The translations under genes and the position numbers were made by a program. A stretch of DNA of 64,000 bases from the human T2T-CHM13v2.0 reference genome, Homo sapiens. The stretch is taken from assembly GCF_009914755.1 (NCBI RefSeq), contig NC_060948.1; one strand, written 5' to 3'. The number at the start of each line of letters is the position of its first letter. The first letter of the stretch is position 1. Below, one piece after another: positions 42,391 through 56,541 of the stretch. The notes beneath the pieces were generated by a model, which ran no database searches, was not told the DNA's origin, and was given only the letters and a program-made list of their open reading frames with translations.

Positions 42391-45300
42391 CATTGACTGG
42401 AAAGGCTGGATGTCGAAAGGAATTGACTCCAATGGAATGGAATCGAATGGAATGGAAGTGAATAGAATCGAACTAAATCGAATGGAATGGAATTGATAGG
42501 AACGGAATGGAAAGGAATGCAATGATTTGGCATGGAATGGAAACGAATGGTATCTAATGGAATGGAATGTAATGTAATGGAATGGAATGTATTAGAATGT
42601 AATGAACTTTAATGGAATGTACTCGAATGGATTCGACTGGAATGGAATGTTCTGGAAGTGAATGGACTCCAATGGAATGGATTCAAACGGAATGGAATCG
42701 TACGGAATGGAATCTAATGGAATGGAATTAAATGGAAATGAATCAAATTGAATAGCACGGAATTGAATTGAATGGAATGGAATGCAATGGAATCTAATGA
42801 AACGGAAAGGAAAGGAATGGAATGGAATGGAATGGGCTGGAATGGAAAGGAATCGAAACGAATGGAATGGAATCGAACTGAAGAGACTGGAATGGAATGC
42901 ACTGGAATGGAAGGGAGTGTAATGGAAGGTTCTCGAAAAAAATGGAATCGAATGGAATGGAATTGAATGGAACGGAATAGAGTCGAATGGAATTGAATGG
43001 AATGGAATGGACTAGAGTGAAATGGAATCGAACCACAAGGAATGGACAGGAATAGAATGGTCTCGAATTGAATGGAATCGTATGGAATGGCATCAAACGG
43101 AATGGAATGGACAGCCACGGAATGGAATGCACTCGAATGCAATGGAGTCGAAACTAATGGACTGGAATAGAATGGACTCGACTGGTACGGACTCCAATGG
43201 AATGGAATCGAATGGAAGGGAATCGAACGGAATGGACTCGAAGGGAAAAAACTGCAATGGAAAGGTCTCGAATGGAATGGAAATTAATGGAATGGAATGG
43301 AATCGAATGAAATGGAGTCAAAAGGAATGGAATCGAATGGCAAGAAATCGAATGTAATGGAATCGCAAGGAATTGATGTGAACGGAACGGAATGGAATGG
43401 AATCCAAAGGAATGGAATAGAATGGAATGGAATCGAATGGAAAGGACTCGAATGGAAATCACTCGAATAGAATGCAATTTAATAAAATAGGGTCAAATGT
43501 AATGGAATGGAATGGAAAGGAATCGAAACGAAAGGAATGGAGACAGATGGAATGGAATGGAACAGAGAGCAATGGTATAGAATGGAATGGAATCATCTGG
43601 AATGGAATTGAATGGAATGGAATAATATGAAATGGAATGGAATGGAATGGAATGGAATGCCCTTGAATTAAATGGACTGGAATGGAATGGACTCGAACAG
43701 AGTGGAATGGAAAGTGTTGAGATAGAATGGAATGGACTCCTTTGGAATGGTGTAGTATGCAATGCAATCGACTGGCAGGGAATCAAAAGGAATGTAATGG
43801 AATGGATTGGACTGGAATGCAATGGACTCGAATAGATTGGAAACGGAATGCAAAGGAATGGAATGGAATAGTATGGAATGGAATGGAAAGGAATGGAGTG
43901 GAATAGACTAGAGTGGAATGGAATGGACTGGAAAGCAATGGACTGGAATGGAACTTTCTTGAATGGACTGGAATCAAACGGAATGGAATGCAATGCAATC
44001 AAATGGCATAGAATAAGATAGAATGAAAGAGAATCAAATGGAATTGAATGGAATGGAATCGAATGGATTGGAAAGGAATAGAATGGAATGGAATGGAATT
44101 GACTCAAATGGAATGGACTAGAATGGAATGGATTCGAATGGAAGGCAAAGGAATGGAATCTATTGGAATGGACTGTAATGGAATGCAATGGAAGGGATTG
44201 GAATGGACTCGAATGGAATGGACTGCAATAGAAAGGATACGAATGGAATGAAAAAGAATTGAATGGAATAGAACAGAATGGAAACAAATCGAATGAAATG
44301 GAATGGAATAGAAAGGAATGGAATGAAATGGAATGGAAAGGATTCGAATGGAATGCAAACGAATGGAATGGAATCGAACGGAATGGAATAAAATGGAAGA
44401 AAACTGGCAAGAAATGGAATCGAAATGAATGGAGTGTTATGGAAGGGACTCAAAAGGAATTGAATGTAATAGAATGGAGTGGAGTGGACTCGAATATAAT
44501 GGACTTGAATGGAATGAAATCACATGGAATGGGAACGAATGGAATGGAATGGAAAGGAATGGAATCGAATGGAAAGGAATCGAATGGAAGGGAATGAAAT
44601 TGAACCAACAGGAATGGAAGGGAATAGAATAGACGGTAATGGAATGGACTCGAATAGAATGGACACGAATGCTCAAATTGAATGGACTCGAATGGAATGG
44701 AAACGAAAGGAATGTCATCGAATGGAATTGAATCGATTGGAATGAAATCGCATAGAATGGAGTGGAATCAAATGGAATTGAATCGAAAGGAAAGGAAGCG
44801 AATGGACTGAAATGAAATGGAATGGAATTGAATGGAAAGTAATGCAATGGAATAGAATGGAACGAAATTTCACGGAATGGAATCAAACTGAATGGAATCA
44901 AATCAATGGAATCTAATCAAATGGAATGGAAAGGAATTGAATGGAGTAGATTGGATTGGATGGGATTGGAATGAAATGTACTGGAAAGGACTCGAATTTC
45001 ATGAAACGGAATGGAATGAATTGGAACGGAATGGACTCGAATGGAATGGAATGTCATGGAATGGCATCAAATGGAATGGCATCAAATGGAATGGAATCGA
45101 ATGCAATGGAATGCTATCGAATGGAATGGAATGCATTGGAATGGAATGTCCTCTAATGGAATGGATTCGAGTGGAATGGAATCGAATATAATGGAGTCGA
45201 ATGAAATGGAATTGAAAAGAATGGGATCGAATACAATGGAATATACTGGAATGTAATGTAATGAACTCGAATGTAATTGACTGGAATGGAATGTATATGA

Positions 45301-45929
45301 ATGGAATGTAATCGAATGGAAAGTAATCCAATGGAATAGAATCTAATGCAATAAAATCGACTCAGATAGAGTAGAATGTAATGGAATGGAGTGCAGTGCA
45401 ATGGAATGGAATGGAATGGAATGCAATGGAATGGAATGGAATGGGATGGAATGGTATGGAATGGATAGTAATGGACTGGAGTGAAATGGACTGGAAAGGA
45501 ATGGACTCAAATTGAAAGGGCTCGAAAGGAATGGAGACAAATGGTATGGTCTGGAATGGAATGAACACGAATGTAATGCAATCCAATAGAATAGAGTCGA
45601 ATGGCATGGAATATAAAGAAATGGAATCGAAGAGAATAGAAACAAATGGAATGGAATTGAATGGAATGGAATTGAGTGGAATGGGAACGAATGGAGTGAA
45701 ATTGTATGCAGTAGAAGAGAATAGAATGGAATGCAAGCGAAAGGAAAGGAATGGATTGGAATGGAATGGAATTCATTGGAATGGAAGGGAATGTAGTGTA
45801 ATGGACAGGCCTGGAATAAAGTGGAATGCTACGGTCTCGAGTGGAATAAAAATGTATGGATTGGAATGCAATGAAACGGAATCGAATGTCATAGAATGTA
45901 ATGGAATGCAAAAAAATGGAATCCGAAAT
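42391..45929 (+). repeat. DYZ1 unit 13 (3539 bp)
   Basis: Landmarks 42391 and 45930. Confidence 0.9.
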
Positions 45930-48900
45930 CATTGACTGGAAAGGCTGGGTGTCGAAAGGAATTGACTCCAATGGAATGGAATCGAATGGAATGGAAGTGA
46001 ATAGAATCGAACTAAATCGAATGGAATGGAATTGATAGGAACGGAATGGAAAGGAATGCAATGATTTGGCATGGAATGGAATCGAATGGCATCGAATGGA
46101 ATGGAATGGAATGCAATGGAATGGAATGTATTAGAATGTAATGAACTTTAATGGAATGTACTCGAAAGGATTTGACTGGAATGGAATGTTCTGGAAGTGA
46201 ATGGACTCCAATGGAATGGATTCGAAAGGAATGGAATCGTACGGAATGGAATCTAATGGAATGGAATTAAATGGAAATGAATCAAATTGAATAGCACGGA
46301 ATTGAATTGAATGGAATGGAATGCAATGGAATCTAATGAAACGGAAAGGAAAGGAATGCAATGGAATGGAATGGGCTGGAATGGAAAGGAATCGAAACGA
46401 ATGGAATGGAATCGAACTGAAGAGACTGGAATGGAATGCACTGGAATGGAAGGGAGTGTAATGGAAGGTTCTCGAAAAAAATGGAATCGAATGGAATGGA
46501 ATTGAGTGGAACGGAATAGAGTCGAATGGAATTGAATGGAATGGAATGGACTAGAGTGAAATGGAATCGAACCACAAGGAATGGACAGGAATAGAATGGT
46601 CTCGAATTGAATGGAATCGTATGGAATGGCATCAAACGGAATGGAATGGACAGCCACGGAATGGAATGCACTCGAATGCAATGGAGTCGAAACTAATGGA
46701 CTGGAATAGAATGGACTCGACTGGTACGGACTCCAATGGAATGGAATCGAATGGAAGGGAATCGAACGGAATGGACTCAAAGGGAAAAGACTGCAATGGA
46801 ACGGTCTCGAATGGAATGGAAATTAATGGAATGGAATGGAATCGAATGAAATGGAGTCAAAAGGAATGGAATCGAATGGCAAGAAATCGAATGTAATGGA
46901 ATCGCAAGGAATTGATATGAACGGAACGGAATGGAATGGAATCCAAAGGAATGGAATAGAATGGAATGGAATCGAATGGAAAGGACTCGAATGGAAATCA
47001 CTCGAATAGAATGCAATTTAATAAAATAGGATCAAATGTAATGGAATGGAATGGAAAGGAATCGAAACGAAAGGAATGGAGACAGATGGAATGGAATGGA
47101 ACAGATAGCAATGGTATACAATGGAATGGAATCATCTGGAATGGAATTGAATGGAATGCAATAATATGAAATGGAATGGAATGGAATGGAATGGAATGCC
47201 CTTGAATTAAATGGACTGGACTCGAACAGAGTGGAATGGAAAGTGTTGAGATAGAATGGAATGGACTCCTTTGGAATGGTCTAGTATGCAATGCAATCGA
47301 CTGGCAGGGAATCAAAAGGAATGTAATGGAATGGATTGGACTGGAATGCAATGGACTCGAATAGATTGGAAACGGAATGCAAAGGAATGGAATGGAATAG
47401 TATGGAATGGAATGGAAAGGAATGGAGTGGAATAGACTAGAGTGGAATGGAATGGACTGGAAAGCAATGGACTGGAATGAAACTTTCTTGAATGGACTGG
47501 AATCAAACGGAATGGAATGCAATGCAATCAAATGGCATGGAATAAGATAGAATGAAAGAGAATCAAATGGAATTGAATCGAATGGAATCGAACGGATTGG
47601 AAAGGAAGAGAATGGAATGGAATGGAATTGACTCAAATGGAATGGACTAGAATGGAATGGATTCGAATGGAAGGCAAAGGAATGGAATCTATTGGAATGG
47701 ACTGTAATGGAATGGAATGGAAGGGATTGGAATGGACTCGAATGGAATGGACTGCAATAGAAAGGATTCGAATGGAATGAAAAAGAATTGAATGGAATAG
47801 AACAGAATGGAATCAAATCGAATGAAATGGAATGGAATAGAAAGGAATGGAATGAAATGGAATGGAAAGGATTCGAATGGAATGTAATCGAATGGAATGG
47901 AATCGAACGGAATGGAATAAAATGGAAGAAAACTGGCAAGAAATGGAATCGAAATGAATGGAGTGTTATGGAACGGACTCAAAAGGAATTGAATGTAATA
48001 GAATGGAGTGGAGTGGACTCGAATATAATGGACTGGAATGGAATGAAATCACATGGAATGGGAACGAATGGAATGGAATGGAAAGGAATGGAATCGAATG
48101 GAAAGGAATCGAACGGAAGGGAATGAAATTGAATCAACAGGAATGGAAGGGAATAGAATAGACTGTAATGGAATGGACACGAATAGAATGGACACGAATG
48201 CTCAAATTGAATGGACTCGAATGGAATGGAAAGGAAAGGAAAGTCATCGAATGGAATTGAATCGATTGGAATGAAATCGCATAGAATGGAGTGGAATCAA
48301 ATGGAATTGAATCGAAAGGAAAGGAAGCGAATGGACTGAAATGAAATGGAATGGAATTGAATGGAAAGTAATGCAATGGAATAGAATGGAACGAAATTTC
48401 ACGGAATGGAATCAAACTGAATGGAATCAAATCAATGGAATATAATCAAATGGAATGGAAAGGAATTGAATGGAGTAGATTGGATTGGATGGGATTGGAA
48501 TGAAATGTACTGGAAAGGAATCGAATTTCATGAAACGGAATGGAATGAATTAGAACGGAATGGACTCGAATGGAATGGAATGTCATGGAATGGCATCAAA
48601 TGGAATGGAATCGAATGCGATGGAATGCTATGGAATGGAATGGAATGCATTGGAATGGAATGTCCTCTAATGGAATGTATTCGAGTGGAATGGAATCGAA
48701 TATAATGGAGTCTAATGAAATGGAATTGAAAGGAATGGGACCGAATACAATGGAATATACTGGAATGTAATGTAATGAACTCGAATGTAATTGACTGGAA
48801 TGGAATGTACATGAATGGAATGTAATCGAATGGAAAGCAATCCAATGGAATAGAATCTAATGCAATAAAATCGACTCAAATAGAGTAGAATGTAATGGAA

Positions 48901-49453
48901 TGGAGTGCAGTGCAATGGAATGGAATGGAATGGAATGCAATGGAATGGAATGGAATGGAATGGAATGGGATGGAATGGTATGGAATGGATAGTAATGGAC
49001 TGGAGTGAAATGGACTGGAAAAGAATGGACTCAAATTGAAAGGGCTCGAAAGGAATGGAGTCAAATGGAATGGTCTGGAATGGAATGAACACGAATGTAA
49101 TGCAATCCAATGGAATGGAATCGAATGGCATGGAATATAAAGAAATGGAATCGAAGAGAATGGAAACAAATGGAATGGAATTGAATGGAATGGAATTGAA
49201 TGGAATGGGAACGAATGGAGTGAAATTGTATGCAGTAGAAGAGAATAGAATGGAATGCAAGCGAAAGGAAAGGAATGGATTGGAATGGAATGGAATTCAT
49301 TGGAATGGAAGGGAATGTAGTGTAATGGACAGGCCTGGAATAAAGTGGAATGCTACGGTCTCGAATGGAATAAAAATGTATGGAATGGAATGCAATGAAA
49401 CGGAATCGAATGTCATAGAATGTAATGGAATGCAAAAAAATGGACTCCAAAAT
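45930..49453 (+). repeat. DYZ1 unit 14 (3524 bp, mosaic)
   Basis: Landmarks 45930 and 49454. Subfamily markers switch near 48.4 kb. Confidence 0.9.
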
Positions 49454-52400
49454 CATTGACTGGAAAGGCTGGGGGTCGAAAGGAATTGACTCCAATGGAA
49501 TGGAATCGAATGGAATGGAAGTGAATAGAATCGAACTAAATCGAATGGAATGGAATTGATAGGAACGGAATGGAAAGGAATGCAATGATTTGGCATGGAA
49601 TGGAATCGAATGGCATCGAATGGAATGGAATGGATTGCAATGGAATGGAATGTATTAGAATGTAATGAACTTTAATGGAATGTACTCGAATGGATTCGAC
49701 TGGAATGGAATGTTCTGGAAGTGAATGGACTCCAATGGAATGGATTCGAAAGGAATGGAATCTAATGGAATGGAATTAAATGGAAATGAATCAAATTGAA
49801 TAGAACGGAATTGAATTGAATGGAATCGAATGCAATGGAATCTAATGAAACGGAAAGGAAAGGAATGGAATGGATTGGAATGGAATGGGCTGGAATGGAA
49901 TGGAATCGAAACGAATGGAATGGAATCGAAATGAAGAGACTGGAATGGAATGCACTGGAATGGAAGGGAATGTAATGGAAGGTTCTCGAAAAAAATGGAA
50001 TCGAAAGGAATGGAATTGAATGGAACGGAATAGAGTCGAATGGAATTCAATGGAATGGAATGGACTAGAGTGAAATGGAATCGAACCACAAGGAATGGAC
50101 AGGAATAGAATGGTCTCGAATTGAATGGAATCGTATGGAATGGCATCAAACGGAATGGAATGGACAGCCACGGAATGGAATGGACACCCACGGAATGGAA
50201 TGCACTCGAATGCAATGGAGTCGACACTAATGGACTGGAATAGAATGGACTCGACTGGTACGGAGTCCAATGGAATGGAATCGAATGGAAGGGAATCGAA
50301 CGGAATGGACTCGAAGTGAAAAGACTGCAATGGAAAGGTCTCCAATGGAATGGAAATTAATGGAATGGAATGGAATCGAATGAAATGGAGTCAAAAGGAA
50401 TGGAATCGAATGGCAAGAAATCGAATGTAATGGAATCGCAAGGAATGGATGTGAACGGAACGGAATGGAATGGAATCCAAAGGAATGGAATAGAATGGAA
50501 TGGAATCGAATGGAAAGGACTTGAATGGAAATCACTCGAATAGAATGCAATTTAATAAAATAGGATCAAATGTAATGGAATGGAATGGAAAGGAATCGAA
50601 ATGAAAGGAATGGAGACAGATGGAATGGAATGGAACAGAGAGCAATGGTATAGAATGGAATGGAATCATCTGGAATGGAATTGAATGGAATGGAATAATA
50701 TGAAATGGAATGGAATGGAATGGAATGCCCTTGAATTAAATGGACTGGAATGGAATGGACTCGAACAGAGTGGAATGGAAAGTGTTGAAATAGAATGGAA
50801 TGGACTCGTTTGGAATGGTCTAGTATGCAATGCAATCGACTGGCAGGGAATCAAAAGGAATGTAATCGAATGGATTGGACTGGAATGCAATGGACTCGAA
50901 TAGATTGGAAACGGAAAGCAAAGGAATGGAATGGAATAGTATGGAATGGAATGGAAAGGAATGGAGTGGAATAGACTAGAGTGGAATGGAATGGACTCGA
51001 AAGCAATGGACTGGAATGGAACTTTCTTGAATGGACTGGAATCAAACGGAATGGAATGCAATGCAATCAAATGGCATGGAATAAAATAGAATGAAAGAGA
51101 ATCAAATGGAATTGAATCGAATGGAATCGAATGGATTGGAAAGGAATAGAATGGAATGGAATGGAATTGACTCAAATGGAATGGACTAGAATGGAATGGA
51201 TTCGAATGGAAGGCAAAGGAATGGAATCTATTGGAATGGACTGTAATGGAATGGAATGGAAGGGATTGGAATGGACTCGAATGGAATGGACTGCCATAGA
51301 AAGGATTCGAATGGAATGAAAAAGAATTGAATGGAATAGAACAGAATGGAATCAAATCGAATGAAATGGAATGGAATAGAAAGGAATGGAATGAAATGGA
51401 ATGGAAAGGATTCGAATGGAATGCAATCGAATGGAATGCAATCGAATGGAATGGAATCGAACGGAATGGAATAAAATGGAAGAAAACTGGCAAGAAATGG
51501 AATCGAAATGAATGGAGTGTTATGGAACGGACTCAAAAGGAATTGAATGTAATAGAATGGAGTGGAGTGGACTCGAATATAATGGACTGGAATGGAATGA
51601 AATCACATGGAATGGGAACGAATGGAATGGAATGGAAAGGAATGGAATCGAATGGAAAGGAATCGAATGGAAGGGAATGAAATTGAATCAACAGGAATGG
51701 AAGGGAGTAGAATAGACGGTAATGGAATGGACTCGAATAGAATGGACACGAATGCTCAAATTGAATGGACTCGAATGGAATGGAAACGAAAGGAATGTCA
51801 TCGAATGGAATTGAATCGATTGGAATGAAATCACATAGAATGGAGTGGAATCAAATGGAATTGAATCGAAAGGAAAGGAAGCGAATGGACTGAAATGAAA
51901 TGGAATGGAATTGAATGGAAATTAATGCAATGGAATAGAATGGAACGAAATTTCACGGAATGGAATCAAACTGAATGGAATCAAATCAATGGAATCTAAT
52001 CAAATGGAATGGAAAGGAATTGAATGGAGTAGATTGGATTGGATGGGATTGGAATGAAATGTACTGGAAAGGACTCGAATTTCATGAAACGGAATGGAAT
52101 GAATTAGAACGGAATGGACTCGAATGGAATGGAATGTCATGGAATGGCATCAAATGGAATGGAATCGAATGCGATGGAATGCTATGGAATGGAATGGAAT
52201 GCATTGGAATGGAATGTCCTCTAATGGAATGTATTCGAGTGGAATGGAATCGAATATAATGGAGTCTAATGAAAGGGAATTGAAAGGAATGGGACCGAAT
52301 ACAACGGAATATACTGGAATGTAATGTAATGAACTCGAATGTAATTGACTGGAATGGAATGTACATGAATGGAATGTAATCGAATGGAAAGCAATCCAAT

Positions 52401-53007
52401 GGAATAGAATCTAATGCAATAAAATCGACTCAAATAGAGTAGAATGTAATGGAATGGAGTGCAGTGCAATGGAATGGAATGGAATGGAATGCAATGGAAT
52501 GGAATGGAATGGAATGGAATGGGATGGAATGGTATGGAATGGATAGTAATGGACTGGAGTGAAATGGACTGGAAAAGAATGGACTCAAATTGAAAGGTCT
52601 CGAAAGGAATGGAGTCAAATGGAATGGTCTGGAATGGAATGAACACGAATGTAATGCAATCCAATAGAATGGAATCGAATGGCATGGAATATAAAGAAAT
52701 GGAATCGAAGAGAATGGAAACAAATGGAATGGAATTGAATGGAATGGAATTGAATGGAATGGGAACGAATGGAGTGAAATTGTATGCACTAGAAGAGAAT
52801 AGAATGGAATGCAAGCGAAAGGAAAGGAATGGATTGGAATGGAATGGAATTCATTGGAATGGAAGGGAATGTAGTGTAATGGACAGGCCTGGAATAAAGT
52901 GGAATGCTACGGTCTCGAATGGAATAAAAATGTATGGAATGGAATGCAATGAAACGGAATCGAATGTCATAGAATGTAATGGAATGCAAAAAAATGGACT
53001 CCAAAAT
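49454..53007 (+). repeat. DYZ1 unit 15 (3554 bp)
   Basis: Landmarks 49454 and 53008. Confidence 0.9.
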
Positions 53008-56000
53008 CATTGACTGGAAAGGCTGGGTGTCGAAAGGAATTGACTCCAATGGAATGGAATCGAATGGAATGGAAGTGAATAGAATGGAACTAAATCGAAT
53101 GGAATGGAATTGATAGGAACGGAATGGAAAGGAATGCAATGATTTGGCATGGAATGGAATCGAATGGCATCGAATGGAATGGAATGGAATGCAATGGAAT
53201 GGAATGTATTAGAATGTAATGAACTTTAATGGAATATACTCGAATGGATTCGACTGGAATGGAATGTTCTTGAAGTGAATGGACTCCAATTGAATGGATT
53301 CGAAAGGAATGGAATCTAATGGAATGGAATTAAATGGAAATGAATCAAATTGAATAGAACGGAATTGAATTGAATGGAATCGAATGCAATGGAATCTAAT
53401 GAAACGGAAAGGAAAGGAATGGAATGGATTGGAATGGAATGGGCTGGAATGGAATGGAATCGAAACGAATGGAATGGAATCGAACTGAAGAGACTGGAAT
53501 GGAATGCACTGGAATGGAAGGGAATGTAATGGAAGGTTCTCGAAAAAAATGGAATCGAAAGGAATGGAATTGAATGGAACGGAATAGAGTCGAATGGAAT
53601 TCAATGGAATGGAATGGACTAGAGTGAAATGGAATCGAACCACAAGGAATGGACAGGAATAGAATGGTCTCGAACTGAATGGAATCGTATGGAATGGCAT
53701 CAAACGGAATGGAATGGACAGCAACGGAATGGAATGCACTCGAATGCAATGGAGTCGACACTAATGGACTGGAATAGAATGGACTCGACTGGTACGGACT
53801 CCAATGGAATGGAATCGAATGGAAGGGAATCGAACGGAATGGACTCGAAGGGAAAAGACTGCAATGGAAAGGTCTCGAATGGAATGGAAATTAATGGAAT
53901 GGAATGGAATCGAATGAAATGGAGTCAAAAGGAATGGAATCGAATGGCAAGAAATCGAATGTAATGGAATCGCAAGGAATTGATGTGAACGGAACGGAAT
54001 GGAATGGAATCGAAAGGGATGGAATGGAATCGAATGGAAAGGACTCGAATGGAAATCACTCGAATAGAATGCAATTTAATACAATAGGATCAAATGTAAT
54101 GGAATGGAATGGAAAGGAATCGAAACGAAAGGAATGGAGACAGATGGAATGGAATGGAACAGAGAGCAATGGTATAGAATGGAATGGAATCATCTGGAAT
54201 GGAATTGAATGGAATGGAATAAGATGAAATGGAATGGAATGGAATGGAATGCCCTTGAATTAAATGGACTGGAATGGAATGGACTCGAACAGAGTGGAAT
54301 GGAAAGTGTTGAAATAGAATGGAATGGACTCCTTTGGAATGGTCTAGTATGCAATGCAATCGACTGGCAGAGAATCAAGAGGAATGTAATCGAATGGAAA
54401 GGACTGGAATGCAATGGAATCGAATAGATTGGAAACGGAAAGCAAAGGAATGGAATGGAATAGTATGGAATGGAATGGAAAGGAATGGAGTGGAATAGAC
54501 TAGAGTGGAATGGAATGGACTCGAAAGCAATGGACTGGAATGGAACTTTCTTGAATGGACTGGAATCAAACGGAATGGAATGCAATGCAATCAAATGTCA
54601 TGGAATTAAATAGAATGAAAGAGAATCAAACGGAATTGAATCGAATGGAATCGAATGGATTGGAAAGGAATAGAATGGAATGGAATGGAATTGACTCAAA
54701 TGGAATGGACTGGAATGGAATGGATTCGAATGGAAGGCAAAGGAATGGAATCTATTGGAATGGACTGTAATGGAATGGAATGTAAGGGATTGGAATGGAC
54801 TCAAATGGAATGGACTGCAATAGAAAGGATTCGAATGGAATGAAAAAGAATTGAATGGAATAAAACAGAATGGAATCAAATCGAATGAAATGGAATGGAA
54901 TAGAAAGGAATGGAAAGGATTCGAATGGAATGCAATCGAATGGAATGCAATCGAATGGAATGGAATCGAACGGAATGTAATAAAATGGAAGAAAACTGGC
55001 AAGAAATGGAATCGAAATGAATGGAGTGTTATGGAACGGACTCAAAAGGAATTGAATGTAATAGAATGGAGTGGAGTGGACTCGAATATAATGGACTGGA
55101 ATGGAATGAAATCACATGGAATGGGAACGAATGGAATGGAATGGAAAGGAATGGAATCGAATGGAAAGGAATCGAATGGAAGGGACTGAAATTGAATCAA
55201 CAGGAATGGAAGGGAGTAGAATAGACGGTAATGGAATGGACTCGAATAGAATGGACACGAATGCTCAAATTGAATGGACTCGAATGGAATGGAAACGAAA
55301 GGAATGTCATCGAATGGAATTGAATCGATTGGAATGAAATCACATAGAATGGAGTGGAATCAAATGGAATTGAATCGAAAGGAAAGGAAGCGAATGGACT
55401 GAAATGAAATGGAATGGAATTGAATGGAAATTAATGCAATGGAATAGAATGGAACGAAATTTCACGGAATGGAATCAAACTGAATGGAATCAAATCAATG
55501 GAATATAATCAAATGGAATGGAAAGGAATTGAATGGAGTAGATTGGATTGGATGGGATTGGAATGAAATGCACTGGAAAGGACTCGAATTTCATGAAACG
55601 GAATGGAATGAATTGGAACGGAATGGACTCGAATGGAATGGAATGTCACGGAATGGCATCAAATGGAATGGCATCAAATGGAATGGAATAGAATGCAATG
55701 GAATGCTATGGAATGGAAAGGAATGCATTGGAATGGAATGTCCTCTAATGGAATGCATTCGAGTGGAATGGAATCGAATATAATGGAGTCGAATGAAATG
55801 GAATTGAAAGGAATGGGATCGAATACCATGTAATATACTGGAATGTAATGTAATGAACTCGAATGTAATTGACTGGAATGGAATGTACATGAATGGAATG
55901 TAATCGAATGGAAAGTAATCCAATGGAATAGAATCTAATGCAATAAAATCGACTCAAATAGAATAGAATGTAATGGAATGGAGTGCATTGCAATGGAATG

Positions 56001-56541
56001 GAATGGAATGGAATGCAATGGAATGGAATGGAATGGAATGGAATGGAATGGAATGGGATGGAATGGTATGGAATGGATAGTAATGGACTGGAGTGAAATG
56101 GACTGGAAAAGAATGGACTCAAATTGAAAGGGCTCGAAAGGAATGGAGTCAAATGGAATGGTCTGGAATGGAATGAATACGAATGTAATGCAATCCAATA
56201 GAATGGAATCGAATGGTATGGAATATAAAGAATTGGAATCGAAGAGAATGGAAACAAATGGAATGGAATTGAATGGAATGGAATTGAATGGAATGGGAAC
56301 GAATGGAGTGAAATTGTATGCAGTAGAAGAGAATAGAATGGAATGCAAGCGAAAGGAAAGGAATGGATTGGAATGGAATGGAATTCATTGGAATGGAAGG
56401 GAATGTAGTGTAATGGACAGGCCTGGAATAAAGTGGAATGCTACGGTCTCGAATGGAATAAAAATGTATGGAATAGAATGCAATGAAACGGAATCGAATG
56501 TCATAGAATGTAATGGAATGCAAAAAAATGGAATCCAAAAT
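53008..56541 (+). repeat. DYZ1 unit 16 (3534 bp)
   Basis: Landmarks 53008 and 56542. Private 10-bp (~54015) and 15-bp (~54910) deletions. Confidence 0.9.
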
